Assembly: GCA_964106645.2 (NCBI GenBank)
Contig: OZ067038.1
DNA: 64,000 nucleotides
Strand: one strand, 5' to 3'
Origin: Podarcis pityusensis
Lineage: Eukaryota
Of the stretch, positions 38,213-51,783 are shown piece after piece (position 1 is the stretch's first letter; the number at the start of each line of letters is the position of its first letter). Both the position numbers and the translations under genes were made by a program. Under the pieces are notes generated by a model. It was not told the origin of the DNA and made no database searches. It was given only the letters and a program-made list of their open reading frames with translations.

Positions 38213-41200
38213 AAATTGAAGGGCTGTCCAGACAGAAAGGTTTACCAAGGCAACATAGCCAGGAGAGGCGGCAACTTATGCACGAGCAACCCCATACCAT
38301 TATAGCAAGCCATTGCCCTGATTCAGCTATTGTGACATGGCACATTAGGAGCAGTTCTTCTTTCATGCAGTCATCCAGAGGGTCACACAATATTCTGAAA
38401 AACTAGTCAGATCTAGACATCTGGCACTTGATTCTGCTGAGGTTTGCTAGGACAATTAACATACATAACAGTGCGAGCAGATCAATAAGGCTGTAACATG
38501 CATCTACATACAGATGTGCTCCAAGCAATGTAATCCAATTAATCCATGGTATGAAGTAAGGTGCATAGAAGGTGCAAGTGAGAATGTATACACTAACTAA
38601 AATATATTGGACCACTGCTCAAGGTTTTCAATCCCTTGCGGGGTTACTCACAAGCAATGCTTGTTGTTCAGGACTCTTAAATCAGGGCTCTGGTTCAGTG
38701 CAATATGTGTGCAATAACACATATTGATTTTCTTTTATTTAAGATATTATACTGCTCATTATCCAGATTAAGTTGGGACTGTTTATAATAAATTTCATTG
38801 ATATCTTGCAGGATTGGGAGGGAAGTACCTCCATAGGCTTGAGCATGAAGGAAGGCTCTCTTACTCTGTTAAAAGGTCTATAAGGTTTTGATTTATAACT
38901 GAACTGAGGGTCAAGGCAAGCAAAGCCATTATCATTATTCTTACACACACTAGGGAACTGAACTGTGTACAGAGGGCAGTGTACTTAAAAGGAGACGTAA
39001 GGAAGGAGAATGTAACACAGATCTGTGTTGTTGTTTTTTAAAAAATCTGACGTTTACAGATTCAAACAAAGGAATGTGATATAGTACTCAGACAGTAAAT
39101 GTACAGTCCAGCTTCTTTATTAAACAACGTGTGGCTAAAAGTTCTAGTTCCAAGCAGGAGTGAAAGCAACTTCCTTTTACTTGTTCTACTTAAGGACCCA
39201 GTATTATTCCACTGCAATATCATTCTTTTTCACTAGGAGCTACTTCCTTGTTCCAATAACCCTGGTAGCCCTCATTCTTGGAACATGTTGCAGTTGTGTT
39301 CTGATTCTTGGTAACCCTAAGTTACATGCATTTGTTCCATTTTGCTTTTCACAAAGCTGTTCGCCATAAAGTTACATTGTCAACCCTTGGTTTACTTCAG
39401 GATAACTGGCATATTTTTGCAGAAATTCTGCCTTTGCAGAAACTGACAATGACTTCATTCCTGGATGCTAGGAGAAATCTAGCAGTATTGTTATACCCTT
39501 TAGCTAACTTGGGGGGAGGGGGGAGGGAAGAGGGGAAAGTTGCTGAGGTTGAATTTAACAAAACCAGATTTGCCCATAGACTTGCAAGCGCTTAGTGTGT
39601 GGACTTTTTAATGCTTCAGGTGACATTGCTGCTGACTGAAGAACGTTCATCAAATCATAAAACTGCTGATAAGCCAGCTTTCCCGAAAAGGAACCTTCTG
39701 AAGGTTTCTCAGACTTTCTTAATACTTGAAGCTTAGTGGAAATGATTGAGATTATTAGAATATGTGGTGGAAAATGGGAGAGATCCCAAGGGTTTGACCA
39801 TGCACTATCCCTTATGCCCGAATCTTAAAATATCATACCTGCTCGGAGTGTTAACAGCACAACATTATTGTTAACATGAGTGTGATATCATTTTGGGGTC
39901 ATTACACTAGCACAGTGACATTGGCAGGCCTCATCCTAAGTACTCATATGCTAGACCAACAATTTTTCAGATTAGATTATTAGTCTGTGGGAAATCGTCA
40001 TTTTTCTATCTTTCTTTTGTCTAGTATCAACATCTATACATAGCAGTGCCAATACATTGTCTAAAATGGATATACTATATTAGAAAGGTGACACACTGAT
40101 ATATAAGCATAGTGTATATGTGCATAATTTTTATTGATTCTCATGATAGCTCTTTGAGGGAGGTCACTAATATTCCTTTTTAAGCACTGCCCACAATGTT
40201 ATAACACTTCTCACTTTTCACTTATCTGTTGAAATCAAGAATACACAACATACGCCTGTGTGTGTGTGCAGAACGTCCAGTTTTCCCTCGGCTTAAAATT
40301 GCAGCATTAAAGTGCTTCACTTTAGCTTGATCACTCCCAACGTATTCTCTTTGAATCACTGATGGAGTATCATTTATTGACCCCCAAGGAATGCTGGGAG
40401 GTCATTTTCTTTCATTCTGGGTAGAGAAATGATCTCACAACTTTATCTGCTATGTTATATGTAAAAGTATAATTAAGAGTGGGGATCTTTGAGAGAATAA
40501 AAATGATATAGACCTGAATAGTTTAGATAGGGATGTTGTAGCATTAATATTAGCACCAGATCTGTATAACATTAAAAGATATGGAGAGGGGAGATAAATG
40601 GAACTAATTTATTTTGAATTTACACACATGCCTCAGTTTGTATTAATATTAAAGTTCTATCCAAAATCTAAATGGAAAGTCTGACATCTTAGAAGTTCTC
40701 TCAACAGCATCAGCAAATCATTCTTGTTTACCCTACATGCTAATAAAACGGGAGCATGACACTCCTGAAAACAAGATTGCAAAATACAGGAAATGTGGTC
40801 TGACATTTTTTTCTCCCCAAAGGAGGGACTGCCACTAACGAAAGTATTTCTTATGAAGGCTCGATTGCTTAAGATGCAGAATATTAAGAGAGAAAAACAC
40901 TTTAGGACACAGCCATGTCACCAGCTGTTACTCATTTCTAATGAAATTGTTAAGTGATATTCCTCATAAATAGGTCAGCGAAACTTTTGAATCACAGAGA
41001 CTGTTTTATCTGTTTTCTCTGTGAAACGTTGGTATTAAATTTAGAATGGGTAATTCATTAAGCTCATTAGCTATCACTGGGAGAGTAGAGCACTTTCTAA
41101 GATGTAGGTTTCAGGGCTTAAAACGTTAGTGCTTACAAATAAACATGAAAGCAGTGTGTGCCGTAAAATATGGGATCATAATATTTTAAAGTATATTTTG

Positions 41201-42298
41201 AGGGAGGCCCTCTGGATTAATTATGAACATTTTGTAGAGTCCGACATTTACATATAAACAGCATATATTATGGCTTCTTGTTAACTGTGTTTTACTATGA
41301 AAGAAGACAGGGAGCCTAGTTAAAAAACCAGTCAAAATTTACTGATTATTTCTGTTTTGGATAAAAATAACACATTTCTTTATGTGTTTCAGTCCCGCAT
41401 GGCAAACTGTGGTTCCTTTTAAAACAAAGCACAATTAAAATCTACCAAGAAATAGTTTCTTATTTTGGTTCACTTACATAAAATGACAAGGAGGTAGCAT
41501 CACCTCCACCCTTCAGGCAGATCAGTGCCTGGATGGGAGGCCAGGACCTGTGCCATGGAAGAGAAGTGAAAGATGTAAATGTATTAATAAATAACTTAGA
41601 GCAAAGCACCTCTGATTCTTTCCCTCTTTCCTTAAATTTCATTGACATATTTTAAATACATATGGCAAGCTCTTTTTTTGGTGGGGGGGAGCATAATCCA
41701 CAAATAGAAAAGAAGGTGCTAAATTACATGAGAGCTCCCATAGCAGGAATTCATATGTGTAGCACTAGGGAAGGAAGAAGAACCTACCTGCTGCTGTCAC
41801 AGCTGCCAACATTGCAGGCAGGTAAAATGTAGTGGAGGTGATGCAGTTGGGGGGAAGCTAGGAGATAACGGGGCTGGGAATGATGCTTTTCTCTCAGTGG
41901 CAATTGGGAGAGCAATTGCATTTAACAAAGCTTGTAACTTGGCTTGGAAATAACCGATTGTCCAACCTTTTCAGAAATGTTTTCAGAGTCCATCTATGAC
42001 TTGAACTGAGGGGTATTTGACTATCTCAATACAATACCGACCGACTTTAAAGAGTTATTGAAAGGGTTACTGAGCAGGCACATTAAACACGGAATTATTA
42101 TTACTAGAGGTAGCGAGGGATAAAATGTTATAAATAAAGAAGGCTGCGTGTCAGTGTAATTAGCATGCAGATTCTTAGCACTTAGCGCAGAGCAAACTGC
42201 GTATGTTCTGTTAAGTTACTTTCAATCGACCCTTCCTTGTTCAGCATTGTTTGATTTGATGCTAGCAGGTTCTAACTTGTAAATGAATGCATTTTCAG

Positions 42299-42373
42299 AT
42301 ATCCCGTCATAGAAGGAATCATTCCCAACACAATTTAACACTTTCTGAGTTCATCAGCCCACTGGAGCAAACG
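42299..42373 (+). CDS. ARHGAP15: ARHGAP15 coding exon 3
   Basis: ttttcag|ATA...ACG|gtaagc; 75 nt; ISRHRRNHSQHNLTLSEFISPLEQT with the conserved ISRHRRNHSQH. Not in the ORF track. Confidence 0.95.
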
Positions 42374-42765
42374 GTAAGCAATTGTATTACAAAATTTACA
42401 ATTTATTGATGTAGTTCTTTACTTCAGATTTCATTAATCAAAATGTAATGCATGTTTTTTGGAGGGTAAGTACTTAGGGCTGCAGATGCCTCAATATATT
42501 AATAGGGTAAAGAGAACTAAAGATTTGGGGGAAGGTTGGTTAAACAGTGAAAAGAATAATTTTGGAATCTACAAACCATTGTGGTGAATGATATACAATT
42601 TCAATTACCCATTAACTCAAGAAAATTAAAGCTGACATTTCAGCAATACTAATAGATATTTATTACATGATGACATTGCTTATCCAAAAATGGATGTGTT
42701 TAGCAAAATGAATAAAATCAAGAGAAAATGCTAGGCATGAAGTTGCTTTCTGAAGAGTTTGCTAC

Positions 42766-43528
42766 TCAGTGAGGAGCAGGGATAAACCTGTAGAAAACCT
42801 GTAGAAAAAATAGTCCTGGTGTGTTCCCCGTTTCCACTTGCACTATGGTTCCTAAAGTAGATGAGAAACTCTCAGATAGAGATAAGTCTGGATTTGCTGC
42901 CAATGTGCGTCCAACTCTCTTGTTCTGCTGGCACAGCATGTCTGCAGTAGCATGCTGGTCCCAATTAGTTGGCACCACCATGCCAAGTCCCGAGAATGAA
43001 CCCGCATGCTTGGTTGGCTCCCTAGTGGTGTGGCTGAATAGAGAGAAAGCTTCTTCCTTCTGGTTCATGCCTAGGCAGTCTTTGCCATCACCACCTTCTC
43101 CATCCTCCCTCCAGTACAGCACAGCTCAGCAAATATAGTGAAATTTGAAACACCTAAAATTCTTCTCATATAAATGTTGCCTGGTCCCTTGGAGAACAAT
43201 GTGGCCTTGGAAAGTCAGTATGTCATTGTCCATACTCACATGGTTCCTCAATACAAATATTACCCAAGAAGAGTATATAAAACAAGACCACAGGTCAATT
43301 TCTACCATACTGTTGCACTTATGTATGAATTGGGCCATGGAAGCCTTTGTTGGCAGTAGTGCTCTGTATATGCACAGAAACTTCTTGCCAGCAAGATAAA
43401 ATTCTTCTACGGGTCTAACTTCCAAACCTCAGATCTAGATTGCAGTTGTCACCATCCTGCTATGAATTCTTTGCTTTCAGGTAGATGTTCAAGGCCTCAG
43501 AATGTGAACTGTATGAGAGAGACCTCAG
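42766..43528 (-). pseudogene. Degraded intronless coding relic; candidate endogenous bornavirus-like nucleoprotein (EBLN-like) element
   Basis: ORFs 43126-43425 and 42766-43122 share one frame and are split by a single TGA. A frameshifted upstream block spans 43418-43528. Motif blocks are collinear with bornavirus N as recalled from memory (see findings). Confidence 0.4.
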
Positions 43529-46040
43529 AATTAACTATTTAGCAGATGTTTATTTGTATAAATAACAAATAAATATCAAACTAAGTTTTTGGATCAGTGC
43601 AGTATGGTTTATGGTGTGAATTTATTTGTTGCTTTGCTTTTACGGAGAACCTTTTGAATAGGAGATCTCATCTCCTGAACATTTTCCTAATCTAGGAAAT
43701 TCATCCGCCCTCTACACTGGCCTCCACCCATTTAGCTGACATATCCCAACTGCTCCTTCCTTCCCCAGCGTCCTGCCCTCCAATAGATTCCCCTTCCCTC
43801 TTACCATAACATTCCATTCTCCAGGCAATTCTTCCTCCTATCCAGTCATGCTCCAGAAAACAGACCTTCTTTAAATCAATGCCCCACTGCTCTCAGTAAG
43901 ACTTCTGAATAATTTTTTATACCGACTTCATAATTTTTTTCCTTGCCATTATGTAAAATATTCAAGCACACAGATAACATCTATAGAGATATTGCACGGC
44001 ATAGTCACATAGATGCATTAACTGCATGAAATATGAACAAGCATAAAGCAATAAAAGCATGTCATTTTATCCTTTCCTTCGCCCCTATACAGAGTCCTTG
44101 AATTCTTCTGCCTTATTTCTGTGCTCGTTTATGTTCAGGGCTATTGCTCCCTCAACCTTTCTGCATCTAGAAAGGTGCAGGAACAGTACAGCTAAAAAAC
44201 AACACCCCCAAACAAATGATGGATATTTATTGAGGCAGAAAAGATAGCAAATGCTGTAAGGACATTTCATGTTCAGTAATCTCATGCCATCCATCTGTGG
44301 AAGGAATGAAACGATAACCTGAATCCTCCTGGAAGGATTGTGATGAAGACATTTGAACAGATGCTCACCAATGCAAAACACACGTGTCTTTCTCTGGTGC
44401 AGTTTTGACGTAATGTTTCCAACCTCTGAGGCCTGGTCATGTGTCAAAGGTTCAAAGAAAAGGACTGTGGGAAGAGAGCATGTAATTCTGTGGCTCACTG
44501 CCTCCTCACTGTTACAACTGTGTCAGCCCAGAGTTGCAATTTCTGGTTGTTGCCTGTTTCCATTGGAATAAACTACTTCGGCAAGAGGGGGAAATGACCA
44601 AAATTGGGATCTGTTTCAGAGAAACTAATCTGAAGCTTGGATGGTAAACAGGAGCCATCTCCAATTCACATTTTAGCCAGGGGAAAATAACTTCCTTCCT
44701 TGTACGTATCCTGGCAAGAACAGTGTGCATATGTAAGGTACAGAATGAGAAGGGGAACAGGCCAGATGTTTGCTATAATCTTGGTGCCATGGGGTGGGAG
44801 AAGGCTGGATGATTTATGTGAACATGATCAAAAAATCCTTGCATTGCTTTATGGAGCAACAACCTGATTCTGAGTGGAGCAACAATCTGTTTATTGAGGA
44901 ACAGTTCTTTGGGTGATCCATTTTTTTCTTCGGCATTCAGTACTGAAAATATGGTCCAACATACACAAATCTATGCATTAGTACCTATAGCCTGTGCTTC
45001 CAAAAATTTCAGGAGCTCATGAAGAACGTGTGTTATGTAGCATATGCGTTTCCCAACATGTTCCAAAATCTCAGCTGTTCATAAAAATGCAGAGTATGCT
45101 CCTGATACTGTAACATACGTTTTCATATTTATATTCCAAAATTTGGCTTACATATAATGAAAACAAACAATATTATATATGAATCTTTTATGGACTGTTT
45201 GCATATTTTAATTAAAAAGTGTATTTTAAACTTAATAACTTATTTTATGGCAACAGATAACCTTATATAAAATTGTGCAGCAGTGTAATAAAATGCCTGC
45301 ATCTCTAAGCCAGGCCTGAATAACTGAAGTGACCCACTGTAGTTGAATGCAGCACACAGGTCCAGTGTTGTAGCCTGCTAGTAGGCTGACAAACTCCTTG
45401 TTTTGGCAGTCCTGGGGAGAAAAAGCCAAGGAATTTCTCAATAGGTTTATTGAGGCTTTGGAGAACCACCACACAGGGCTGGTGGCTCTGTCTAAGTTCG
45501 TAAATTGTGCAGACCTGGATTCAAATATAAGCAGAGGTGAGGTAGTAGTCCAACCAATGTGGTGTTAATTTCTGTATCCTGTCTTGTTTCATGGGCTCTG
45601 GGCAGTCTCAAGCCCTATATTCTGCACCTGTTCAGACCAAAGTTCAGAATCTTCTAGGCCACTATGAGAAATTTCATATGGTGGCTTGTAGCTATCCACT
45701 GTTGGATCCTAGGGCAAGTGTTTCTACCGGTGGGTCCTGCTAAGATACATGGCTGCTAGCTGCTGCTAAAGGATGCCTTTTGCTTTTCCCGGCCCTTCAC
45801 TGATACGTTTTCTTGCAACATTTCTGTTTTCATTTCTGTTCGTTTTTTAAGACTTTGTAACAAGCCCTTCAACACATAATACCTGCCTTAGCTGGGGAGC
45901 ACAGCTCAACTAGGTTTAAGCTGCATTTGTGAACATATATTAAAACAATTGGGTGGGAACTAGTTTCTTTGGCAGTATGCCAGTGTAGGGAAACCTGAAA
46001 GCACAAATAAGATTTAGCATATGTTTCTTCTTTATTGCAG

Positions 46041-46099
46041 GTAATCAAAGAAGGGTGTCTTCTAAAAGCTAAAATTGCAGATGGAGGCAAGAAGCAAAG
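46041..46099 (+). CDS. ARHGAP15: ARHGAP15 coding exon 4 (start of PH domain)
   Basis: tttattgcag|GTA...AG|gtatga; 59 nt; VIKEGCLLKAKIADGGKKQ(R); ends in phase 2. Confidence 0.95.
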
Positions 46100-49032
46100 G
46101 TATGAGGCAATAACCAAAACTTACAGTATAAGCAAAAGTGTTAGAAAGCTCATTATCTCTTGAAGGGGTAGCTATAAGAGCCTGACCTGCAGACTAAGCT
46201 CAAAGTATCATAGTAATTTCATAAGGTGACATCATATGGTACACAGAATTCATGGGTCTTTCTTCTGTATTATAAATTAGGAAGGGTAATATATTTCTAT
46301 GTTATTAATCTGCAGCAAATACATAGTTTAAGAACATTGGGGTTCGATTATGGTAAAAGTTTCACAAAATAATGTATTTTATCCATTGGGTGCCTTTTTT
46401 GTTTTTAAAGTGATTTCAGTGGAAGCAGAAACAAGATACTGATTCATTATCTTTAATTGTAGCAATTCTTGTTTTGCCCTGGCTACACTGTTTACACTGG
46501 CTAGATTTTCATTTTCTTAAGTTTTAACCCTCCCAATGTTGTTGTTGTTGTTTTAAAAAGCCCCCAAACAGAGTCCTTTAAAAAGAAAAGAATTAAACTG
46601 GGGAATCTTTTAGAAATAAGTGCATCCTGCTGTGTTTTCATAATAGGTGCTGTATTAGCAAGCTGCAGTTCTTGTGCCACTTCTGCCCTCAGCCTCAGGC
46701 AGAGGACTTGAAACTGGCAGTGGCAAGCACATGGATCACTCTGCCCAGACCGTAATTTGAGGGGAAGGGAAATCGTTGCTTTTCAAACTGGAGGTGGAAA
46801 TGTCATTAGTAATTAGTGATTATTGAGTGTAGAAAATATATTGGGATTCAGAGGCTGGATTAGCAGATTTTTGAGGCAACTTCAACTCAAAAATTCTGTG
46901 TCTGGAATCTGGATTGTCACGGCTGTATTTCTTCATAGTGACTGTGGTAATTTACAGCTGATTTCACTGTATTTACTTTCTGAGGCCGTACAGTCTTATG
47001 GACATATAGTATCTTAGTTTTCACTTGGAGAATGGAGTGCAGGAGGCAGGTAGCTATCTCTCTGAAGAGTTAAGTTTTTACGTAGAGCACCATTTTCATG
47101 TCAGGAGACCCTTTCGAACAACCAACTCTGCAGGAAAAACTGAAGTAGTATTGTTCTGTGAGAAGACTGTAGTACCAGAGTAAGTGAACATTTAAATTGG
47201 TTTATATAGTCACTAAACTCCTGGGTTCTCACTTGGGTCGAATAACCTTTTTCTAATGAAGGAGTAGCCACCATTGTCCTCTCCCAACTCCCATCTTCAA
47301 CCATTGACTATACAGGCTGGGGCTGGTGGGTCCAAAATTGGCACTGTATTGAGTGCCCCTGTTCTAATCAAATGACTGCTCGACCATTTTATTTATTAAT
47401 TGCATGTATTTTACCTTGCCCGTTGTACAAGTAAAGCTTAGGGTGGGAATTTGTCCTTCTCCTTTCCCCCCCACAAGAGCCTCAAGGGATAAGTCCCTTA
47501 TCAAGGGATAAGGAAGGGGAGTCACTCAGTGCAATCCGTGTGGCCGAGAGGAGCTTGAACCTAGTCAAGCAACTCAGCTCACATGAATCTTAACTCAAGA
47601 CTTCATCCTATTCCAAGAATCTTTAGGGCAGCCAGATGAAAGAGAGGGAGCACGCCTGCTGAAATTCTCGTTTCCACACAACTATTAAAGGTGTATGAGC
47701 CCTTTTCCTTATTTGGATCTGGCCCCTCTGTGAAGAAGTGAAGCATGTCTGCAAAATTAAATGTTGTCTAAATCTGCTTATGCTATTTTTGAGAATGCTT
47801 TTGCCATTTATACAAAATAAAAGATGTGTGGAATCTATTAGTAACTCTTCATGCCCAGTACAGGAAAACAATGCCTGATCTTCCTGCTCCTGTGGTTAAA
47901 CATTGGGGGGGGGGGGGCAGAAATGGAGGTGTCATAAGTTTTGTTATAAACCTAGAATTACCCACTTAAACTTAAGTCCCTGCTTCTCTAAGAACATATA
48001 GCAATCAATGCAAACTGTGTTGGTCTTATAGTGTGCTGCCATCAGGTGTCCATTTGCCAGAATGCAAATACAGTGGTCACAAGGAGAAAGCTGTAGAAGT
48101 TCATTGCTTTTAGTTTACAAAAAGCTGCTTGAAGTTTGACATTATGTTTTATGCAGCTGTGTAGTTCATATTTATCTTTTTGCATGAAAACAGTTTACAG
48201 GTGTTTTATATCTGAGAGTTGCAGGGGTTTTCTCTCTCTCTCTCTTGCATCGTTTTGATGCAGCATTCTAACTGATTTTGTCTCCTTTTAATCTGTTGCT
48301 AAACTGTCACGTTGGGGCCACCAGACAAACCTCAACATGGTGTCATTCTTTAAAATGTATTTAATCAATTTTGTTAGGTTAACTTTTATTTCAAAAAAAC
48401 CCAAAACTTCACTGGCAATCCAAAGATCAAAAGCTGCAGTCACACCATATGTCCAGCTGTATATTTTACCTTTTGCTGAACTGATTTTTTCTAAGACAGA
48501 AAAACCCCCACCCCTGACTCTATATGGAATTGTATGTATATTTCGTAATGCTAAAGACATGTATTTCTACATAAATGTTAGCAATACTAGAGTATGCTGT
48601 CCTTTGCATGTGATAGTTCCATTTTTCTTTTTTAACCCAGGGCAAGGGAAAATTTACTCCTCTGGATGTTATTTTACTACAACTCTCATCATTTGATACC
48701 ACCGGCCATGCTGACTGGGGCTGATGGAAGTTGGAGTCTAACAACATTTGGAAGGTTCCAAGCTACCCTCTGCCTTAGTATCCCTCTTTTTCTTAACAAA
48801 CCTCAAAGCTGGTGCTACTGATTCAGTTCACCTTAGCCTAGGGTACAATGCTCCTCTGGGATGCCAATCCACCCAATGAATACCAGTGCTCTGGAATCTT
48901 TTGCATAGAATAATATTTTGGACCTCCCCCCCCACCTCCGTGAATATGTACTTAAAAAACAACAACTAAGGAAATGTGTTTTTTTATGTGCCAGTATTTC
49001 AGAAAACAAGAGGAAGTAATGAAACTCATATA

Positions 49033-49294
49033 CAGTGGTGCCTCGCAAGACGAAATGAATTCGTTCTGCGAGTTTTTTCGTCTTGCGATTTTTTCGTCTT
49101 GCGAAGCACAGTTTCCCATAGGGTATTAACGGTTTTAAGAAAAAGGAAACAAACTTGCAAGACGTTTTCATTTTTCGTCTTGCGAAGCAAGCCCATAGGG
49201 AAATTCGTCTTGCGAAGCAACTCAAAAAACGAAAAACTCTTTCGTCTTGCGCGTTTTTCATCTTGAGAGGCATTCGTCTTGCGAGGTACCACTG
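49033..49294. mobile_element. Tc1/mariner (Tigger/pogo-type) MITE, second family, 262 bp
   Basis: TA|CAGTGGTGCCTCGCAAGACGAA...TTCGTCTTGCGAGGTACCACTG|TA; internal reiteration of TTCGTCTTGCGA. Confidence 0.92.
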
Positions 49295-49536
49295 TATGAC
49301 AGACAGAAATCTAAAGGTAGGAAGTATGCCATGTCCATATGTGGTAAACACTGTGCCACAGTCCATTCTTTAGTTAGGAATAGAAGTTCAGGCTAATGTA
49401 ATCCTGACATTCATTACTTTAATATATTACTGAACTGGACTACAGAAACCCACTGCAGTAATACATGAACTGGATCTTAAAAACATCTAAGTTCTGGTGT
49501 TTGTCTCTGCCTTCCCACTTTGCAAAGTGGCTTCTA

Positions 49537-49778
49537 CAGTGGTACCTTGGGTTACATATGCTTCAGGTTACATACACTTCAGGTTACAGACTCCGCTAAC
49601 CCAGAAATAGTACCTCGGGTTAAGAACTTTGCTTCAGGATGAGAACAGAAATCGTGCTCCAGCAGCGCGGCGGCAGCAGGAGGCCCCATTAGCTAAAGTG
49701 GTGCTTCAGGTTAAGAACAGTTTCAGGTTAAGAACAGACCTCCAGAACGAATTAAGTACTTAACCCGAGGTACCACTG
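49537..49778 (-). mobile_element. Tc1/mariner MITE, 242 bp; inverted copy of 10822-11063
   Basis: TA|CAGTGGTACCTTGGGTTAC...TTAACCCGAGGTACCACTG|TA; body is the reverse complement of the 10.8-kb copy. Confidence 0.92.
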
Positions 49779-49810
49779 TACAGGATAGGATCTACATATT
49801 TAGCATGCAT

Positions 49811-50060
49811 TAAAGGTAAAGGTAAAGGTACCCCTGCCCGTACGGGCCAGTCTTGCCAGACTCTAGGGTTGTGCGCTCATCTCACTCTATAGGCCGGGAG
49901 CCAGCGCTGTCCACAGACACTTCTGGGTCACGTGGCCAGCATGGCAAGCTGCATCTGGCAAGCCAGCGCAGCACACGGAACACCGTTTACCTTCCCGCTA
50001 TAAAGCGGTACCTATTTATCTACTTGCACCCAGGGGTGCTTTTGAACTGCTAGGTTGGCA
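49811..50060 (-). mobile_element. Sauria SINE, 5'-truncated (subfamily A)
   Basis: Near-identical to 7751-8006; 11-bp TSD GCATGCATTAA at 49803-49813 and 50058-50068. Confidence 0.92.
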
Positions 50061-51783
50061 TGCATTAATCCTATTCAAATGATGGACCAGAAGTAAAATA
50101 TCTGGAGTGGCAGTACTGATTGTCCCAACTTTCTCAGACTGTCGCTGGATATTTCTATTTTGCTTTTCAGTCTAAAGAAACAAGTGAAAAAATTGTCTCT
50201 GCTTACAAAATGACGACAAACCGTGATGGGCCTTGCTCTAGCAAAACATGAACCTTTGCATGGACTTCAGTGAAAGTGTTCTACTTATTATGCCAACTTG
50301 AGACACGAGAGAGAGTACAACTGTAAATCCCCTTACTTGGAAGTAAATTCATTTTAATTATTTCCACTTGTAGTAAATGGCAATATTCAAGCAATAGCAG
50401 TACATCTACTGCAGCAGAACTGCAGAGCCACCCTCCTAACACCAGGGCTGCTGCTGCTTACCTGGATGGGGTTGGGTTGGAGTGGTAGCCCTGAAGGGGC
50501 CAGTCTGGTGCTCCTGCCAGTACACCTGTGGTCCTGACCTTGCCACCTCCCAGCCCAGCAAGCCCACCATATGCACCACTACTGAAGCCAAGGCAGACTT
50601 AAATACATTTGAGCCAATTGATTTCAGTGGTTTATGTCCACTTAATTTTGTGCTGCATTGTGGCAAATCTTTGTAATCAACAAGTTGCAAACGATGCAAC
50701 ATTATCATCTTTGAAATCCATTATAATTGCCTTCAAATGGTGAATTAAAGCACTTGAGCTCTAACATGGCTCACACAAGTCTGCAGATTGAATTTGATGG
50801 TAATTTCAAACAGGGCATCTTTCCCCATGAAATATGAGGTGATACGGCTGCATGAGACTACTACTGTCCCAAATAAGCTAAACATTTAAATCAGATCTTG
50901 CTATAAAGAGTTTAAGACTGAGGTGACAGCTTTAGCAGAATTTCACTCATTACACAGAGGCAAACTTGGTTTGCCAACAAAAGAAGACTCAGCAAGGAAG
51001 ACTCTCTAAGTGTATGCATCTATTATATGCATGGGTTTTTAAAAATACATATCAGATGTTTATATATATTCTTAAATGCCGTATATCTTTAAAAAATGCA
51101 AAGCATTAAGTAGTCCTATAGAACTAGTTTCTTCAGCTCTTTTGATAGCTCATTATCCTCTTTCCTTTATTCTTCTACTTTGTTTCATCCTGATTTCCTA
51201 CCACTTGCTGTGCTGTGAATTGGTCTTGCAGTAGAGCAACCTAGAAAGCATAGTTGTCATAATCAGACTACTGAACCAGACTTGTAAATATAACTAAGGA
51301 TAAAGCTGTAGCTGTTTGGACACAGCATCTGAGCTACCAAACCATTGGGCTAAACCCATGCAGTTGCAATTCTGTCAATATTAGAAGAGATGTACTGAAT
51401 ACTGTTTTGAATTTGGATCGTGTTCTTAAGTGCACGCCTGACTGCCCAGCTTGGAAAAATCAAATAAACTTTATTCTAGCAGATGACCGTGATCTGTAAA
51501 TAGTTTGGAACCCTGGGCTCAGTAGTGCTGCTTGTGGTGGGGCTGAGCTGCAGGGGTTCACCAGTCTAGTGGTCCTACTGTTGCAATCATTATCCCCAAC
51601 CCACACCACTGGCCTGCCTTGCTCCAGCCCTCTCTAGGTAAGCAGTAGTAATGGTTTCTGGAGTCCAGCCCTGATGCATCACATGTGCTTGGCCTGCAAA
51701 AGTGAATCTGTCTTTATGTACGAAGTAATCTATGTTTGCTTAATTGATCCTTTTTCAATAAAACTGTTGTTATTTCTTTAAAG

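Noticed and set aside
45390-45615. Faint LF-SINE-like words (cttgttttggcagtcc...aagccaagga)
   Set aside because: Similarity too short and patchy to call without an HMM search.
48833-49366. 177-aa ORF with repeated FARRK units; CRISPR-like appearance of the repeats
   Set aside because: Translation of the reiterated TIR motif of the MITE. Eukaryotic DNA, irregular spacing, no cas genes.
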